This document shows positions 59,001-64,000 of a stretch of DNA of 64,000 bases, piece by piece (positions within the stretch are counted from its first letter, which is position 1; every line of letters begins with the position of its first letter). Under the pieces are notes generated by a model. That model did not search any database and was not told the DNA's origin. It worked only from the letters and a program-made list of their open reading frames with translations. The DNA is from Chrysomallon squamiferum. Lineage: Eukaryota > Animalia > Mollusca. The translations under genes and the position numbers were made by a program. The stretch spans positions 7,192,001 to 7,256,000 of the forward strand of contig CM022669.1 of assembly GCA_012295275.1 (NCBI GenBank), given 5' to 3'.

Positions 59001-61339
59001 TTAAAAAAAAAAACTTCTTACAGTTAGTTATAACTTATTTATGTAAATTTCTCTGTATTTCAGTGTTACCAAAGAAATGAGTGAAGTTTAACTATTCTCA
59101 TTCCCCTGCTAGAACAGACTATCTGTGTTTACCTGAGGAAGATGTGTTGGGTCGTGGTGGAGAAGAGATCCCGGATACTTCGGAGATCAATGGAGAAGGT
59201 GAAGTGATGAGACTGTGGTGGAATGGCAACATGATGTAATGTAGTGCTCTCTGAGGACACTGCAAGGCAAGAGATTAATAAAGAATGTTGTGTATCAGAA
59301 ACATCAAGAAAATAAAAAATAAAAAAATGAATAAAAAAATAAACAAATAAAATAAATTTCTGTCAAATAGTCAGGATTTATAAAACAAAAACCATTAAAA
59401 ACATTCTCAAAATTTGGAAACTGATAGAAAAGAAGCTTAAACCAATTTAAAAAACAATAAGCAAAAATTTATTTTTATTAAAAACAAAAATCCAGTTTGA
59501 TACTGTCATTTGTGGCTGATGAGCAATTACTGAAAATATCTGAAAAAAGAAAAAGAAAAACAACAAAAGAAAACAAAATTAAATTTCAAACATTATTAAT
59601 AAATAACATTTAAAACCCAAACCTTTTTCCAATTACTTAATAAAGAACAATAATTGTCTATGCTGACAACAACAAATTTTCAGTTAGTACTTAATCACAA
59701 TATCCTTAAAGTTCTAATTCCACAATTTACACAAATTAATGAAGAAAAAAAGTGTTTCATGTTTTAACAGTTTAGTTGGAGAACTGTTTAGTCACTGTTA
59801 ATGAAAAATGATTACATTCTTCAGTTGAGATTTGTGGACGTTCATCATCTCTGACATGATCAGAAATTTCTTTATCAGTCTCAGGTTCAGACTTCTCTGA
59901 AAGTAAACAATATTTGTTTACAAGTGTGTTTGTATGTGTATTTATGTGTGTGTTTGTGTGTGTCCTTTATATTTTTGGCCACTTTAAAAATATTTTTAAA
60001 ACAGTAATAACATTGCTACATAATAAATATCACTTTTCACTAATCTTCACTATCAGTCTTCTGTTTCCAAACTTATAATTAGCTTAAATCAGTCAACATT
60101 TCAGTACATCCCTGCAACTCTCTGTAAACTCTACCATCCTTTAACTAACTTACCCTGCTCTTGTGCTCTGTTCCTGCTGACAACATCCACACTGTGCTCA
60201 TCATCACCATCATCATCATCATCAAAGTCATCAGTATAATGATCATCATCAACTTTCTCTTTTTCTTCTACCTTTGGTTTTGGAGCTGGTTTTGTTTTTT
60301 CTTTTGTGTCTTCCGGTTTCTCTCTGACTTCTGGTCTAGTTTTAGCAGCAGCTTTCTGCCTATTGGCTTTCTGTGGAGCTTCAGTAGTCCTTGAAAATTC
60401 TTTCTTTATTGGTGATTTCAACACAGGAGATGCATCACCTGCTGCTAACATCTTTTCTGGTGATCCTTTCACTGGAGTTTTTACAACCTTAAAATGTTTA
60501 TTAATTATTATTATTCAGTGCATTTTTAAGCCAAAAAACAGAAGATCAACCATACACATCCCATTCAAAAGTGCAATAATTTCTATATTTTCATTTACAA
60601 AAATTTATATCTTTATTAAGTTTTGAACTTTTAGTTTATGTTTGTTTAAAATTCTGAAGATTTCATTTATGACATTTTTACAAGTCTTTTATAATTATTA
60701 ATATAGCTGAATTTTAGCACTGAACGCTTCTTTCCATCACATATTCATGGATTTCAATCTTTTATTTATTCTTCATTCTAACAACTTTTTACTGTACAGA
60801 TAGAACATCTTTCTTTCTTCTTAAAAAAAAAACCCTGTTACAGTGTTTAAAGTGAACAGATTTAATACAAAGACTTGTTATAAAAACCTTCTGTTGAATA
60901 CATACCATATCTTCTTTTCTTAAAACCACACACACACCAACTGTAGGCATCAGATCAGATGCAAAGGATGTGGTTTCTTTGTTAGTATTTGGAGGGACAA
61001 GCTTAAAAAACAAAATAATAATAATAATAACTATCATTTTATTAGCTTTGTGAATAATGTTAATTTTAGTCATTCAAATTATAATGTGTGAATTAAAACA
61101 AGAATCAGAAAGTAGAAATGAAAAAACAAGTTGTCAGGTTTTATGCTGGTAGTATGAAACTGGACTGCTTATCACTTCTGTTTATGTGAGTAGTAAAATT
61201 AACAATAGTGATAAAAACAAACTGATAGTGAAGTACAAAAGTATGTATTTAGAAATTTAGACTTTTATCTTAATATTTAGTAATTAATTTGAATACAAAT
61301 AATCTAAATGACAAGATTATCTGAATGCAAATGAAACAG

Positions 61340-61373
<34 letters not shown>

Positions 61374-63473
61374 GAAGAAGAAGATGATGAATAAACAATT
61401 TTTTTTTTTGTTGAATATATAGAAAATAAACAATTAAATGTTGATGACAGTTTAACTTATACCTCAAAGGAACCTTCAATGGTGAGAGGTCGCATATATA
61501 TTTCTGTACTCCCTTTTTTAATCAGGGATTGAAGAGGAACATTGGAACTTCCTAAAGATAACTCCCCACAACACAGGTGTACCTGAAAATTCAAAATTTC
61601 ATCATTTACTGCTGTGTACGTTAAATTCTCTTCTCCGTTCATCTCAAGCTGTAATATAATAATTAATCTCACTCAACACACATTTTTTTCTGCACCTAAA
61701 AACAAAATTTCATCATTCTCTAAGAATATACACATGTACATTAAACTGTTTCATCACCATTAGTAATATACATGTATTAAATATTCTCTCTTCTTTTTAC
61801 TTGTAAAAATGCAATTAATATTTCACCACTAATAACAATGAAGACATTAGCAAAAATTATAATAATAATAGAAATGTTACTGTATCTTCTTTAATTTAAA
61901 TGTATGTACACTCTCTTCTTCCTAGTTCCAGCTTAGTGATTAATGAGATTTCAAATCAATGTAATAACTATAACAGTACTAAATATCTGTTACTACTGTT
62001 AACTATGTTAACTACTGTGCATTAACTACACTGTCAAATTTTTTAAACAATACAAATCTAACAAAACTTAACAAATCATCCTAGTGGAATTTCATCACAT
62101 CTAAATAAAATAAAAAATGTTTTTCTCTCTGCATATAGTGATTATATTTCTGTAAGAAACTATCTGTATTAACACGTCATACAAGACAAATAACAAATTC
62201 ACCTGTAAACCAGGCTGATTGGACAAAAAGATGCGGAGGGCATCAACACTGCTCCTGATTCGTACTGATGCTCGCTCTGCAGCAAAGTTAGCTGTCATAA
62301 GATCTCCAAAACTCTCTGTTGTGATATCATTACCAAGCAATGAGTAATAGAAGAAATAACCATGAGATCCAGCTGGCAGAGGGACTGTGCTTGGTATCAG
62401 CTGAATCAGTGAAAGAATATACAGATGGATAGACATGTGGATAAATGAATGAACAATAGTTGTATGAAATGATGAATGAAGATGTGTTTATTTATTAGTT
62501 ATCAAAGCATAGTTGTATTTTGGTATAATTATATATATGAGAGATAAAACACAGTGCATCTTATTTTCATCTGAGATACATAACTAACAAACTGCCGTAT
62601 CTTTCAGTCTTAAATATTATTTTTACCTATCAATAAAGGAAATTATGAACCTGCACGAAACTCATATCACATGGGTTTTATTAAAATAAAATCATCCTAC
62701 TTTATTAGTAATATTGATAGATTAATAAAACCAAATAAAACAATCATATACAAAATACACACTTATTTACAAAGACACTTTAAATGGACTTACCTGTATT
62801 AAGTTTGAGGCATAACCTATTGTTACAGACAATAAAAACTGATCTGTGTGTTTGTCTGCTGAGCCTATCTGATAATAACCTTCATCCTCATTAAGTACAG
62901 GGACGAGAGATTTCAGATCCACACCATCTCTGTTACCTCCTGTAAACACCAACATAACACAAATAAATGAGTGTCTGTTAAACAGCCGTTTAAATTACTT
63001 TGGTATCAATGTTTAAACATTAAAACAGCTTGTTAGTAATTGTATTGTTGACAAAAATGAGAAAACATTCTGCCTTCACTCAAACAGGATTATTTTTTGC
63101 ATCTTAGCAACAGAATGAAAAGCACTTAATATGTATTAAAAATAATATAAAAATATGAGGAGGTATTTTATAGTGAGATTTGAATGCATCGGTGTGTAGA
63201 TATGAAAATGCTTGATTGTGTGGCTAGGTGAATTTTTATTTGTACACATGTGATTGCATTTGTCTGGTGATGTTTTAATGTTTGTGTATATAAACCATAC
63301 AAAAGTCCAAATCCATGTTATTAAACAAACATACGATTAGCAGTTGGAATGACAATAGGTTTTTCCTTTGTTTCAGCATCTGGAGTTTGTCCATCATCAA
63401 GATACAGAGCTAAACGTATCTCTGGCTTAGTTTTGTGATACTTGGAATGTAAGATCTGATAATATTTGGCAAC
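52522..63473 (-). CDS. CEP120: Centrosomal protein 120 (C2 domains + coiled coil), 5'-partial; 20 exons visible
   Basis: Phase-consistent GT-AG exons: 63335-63473, 62794-62939, 62203-62400, 61463-61582, 60906-61001, 60154-60487, 59816-59896, 59133-59259, 58507-58656, 58120-58237, 57756-57823, 57205-57316, 56934-57062, 56385-56474, 55869-55961, 55201-55313, 54426-54474, 53953-54075, 53244-53488, 52522-52762 (TGA). Recognised CEP120 motifs: [25 protein letters not shown]...[115 protein letters not shown]. Confidence 0.95.
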
Positions 63474-64000
63474 CTAAAAATATTCATTTAAAAATGTAAA
63501 TCAAGCAGTAGTACCACTAATAGTAAAAAGCATAAGACATTTCTGTCAAAATGCAACAATATATTTAAGTCAAACTGCACTACACATTAACTAACAAACA
63601 ATATTCAAGTCATGTCAGAGGTATAACAACAACAACAAAAATAATAATATAAGTGTACACTTTCAATAATGATTTTCTAACTTGAGAGTAAATACAATGC
63701 ATTAATGAATGACACCAGTTTTAGAAAGGCAAGTAGCTGCAAAATGTTTTATTTGGCAAAGTTGAGTAAAATACATCACAGAAATCAAAACTGTAATGTA
63801 ATCAGTACCAAGTGAGAAATTGCTTACTACTTGAAAACAGTTTGAAAGGTTAATTTTTTTAATGATTATATGACAACACTGTTACAAAAATTAACAATTA
63901 AAAGTTTAAAACTATTTCACAACAAATGAAAATGACCATTTCTTTTTTCAATTTTAATTTCACATTTGCTTGGGAGACAGTATATGTCATAGTATTTTTT

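Noticed and set aside
58365-60626. + strand ORFs overlapping CEP120 exons
   Set aside because: They are antisense shadows of coding exons.

Overview
Very AT-rich, microsatellite-rich, intron-containing animal DNA. It looks like an invertebrate (lophotrochozoan/mollusc-like), but the species cannot be fixed from the sequence. All recognisable genes are on the minus strand. 52.5-63.5 kb holds 20 exons of CEP120, whose 5' end lies beyond the window. 1-51 kb is a nested duplication cluster of a TTC24-like TPR gene: a complete paralog B (49170->40346) and a composite locus A (34264->1895). Locus A has three ~7.6-kb TPR modules upstream of one shared tail. The ~1-kb tandem repeat at 4.9-15.3 kb is not simple satellite. 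Each unit carries a 42-nt phase-2 symmetric micro-exon with intact splice sites that encodes an acidic 14-mer (D-TEEASASDAEEQR type), 11 in a row. Both paralogs end in a CaaX motif (KSKICIII*). The TPR exons differ much more between copies than the neighbouring introns and tail exons do. The inferred system is a rapidly diversifying TPR head on a length-tunable acidic micro-exon spacer with a prenyl membrane anchor. Gene models were derived by hand from splice signals and codon phase, with no RNA evidence. Some indels and the near-identical 7.57-kb duplicate could be assembly errors.
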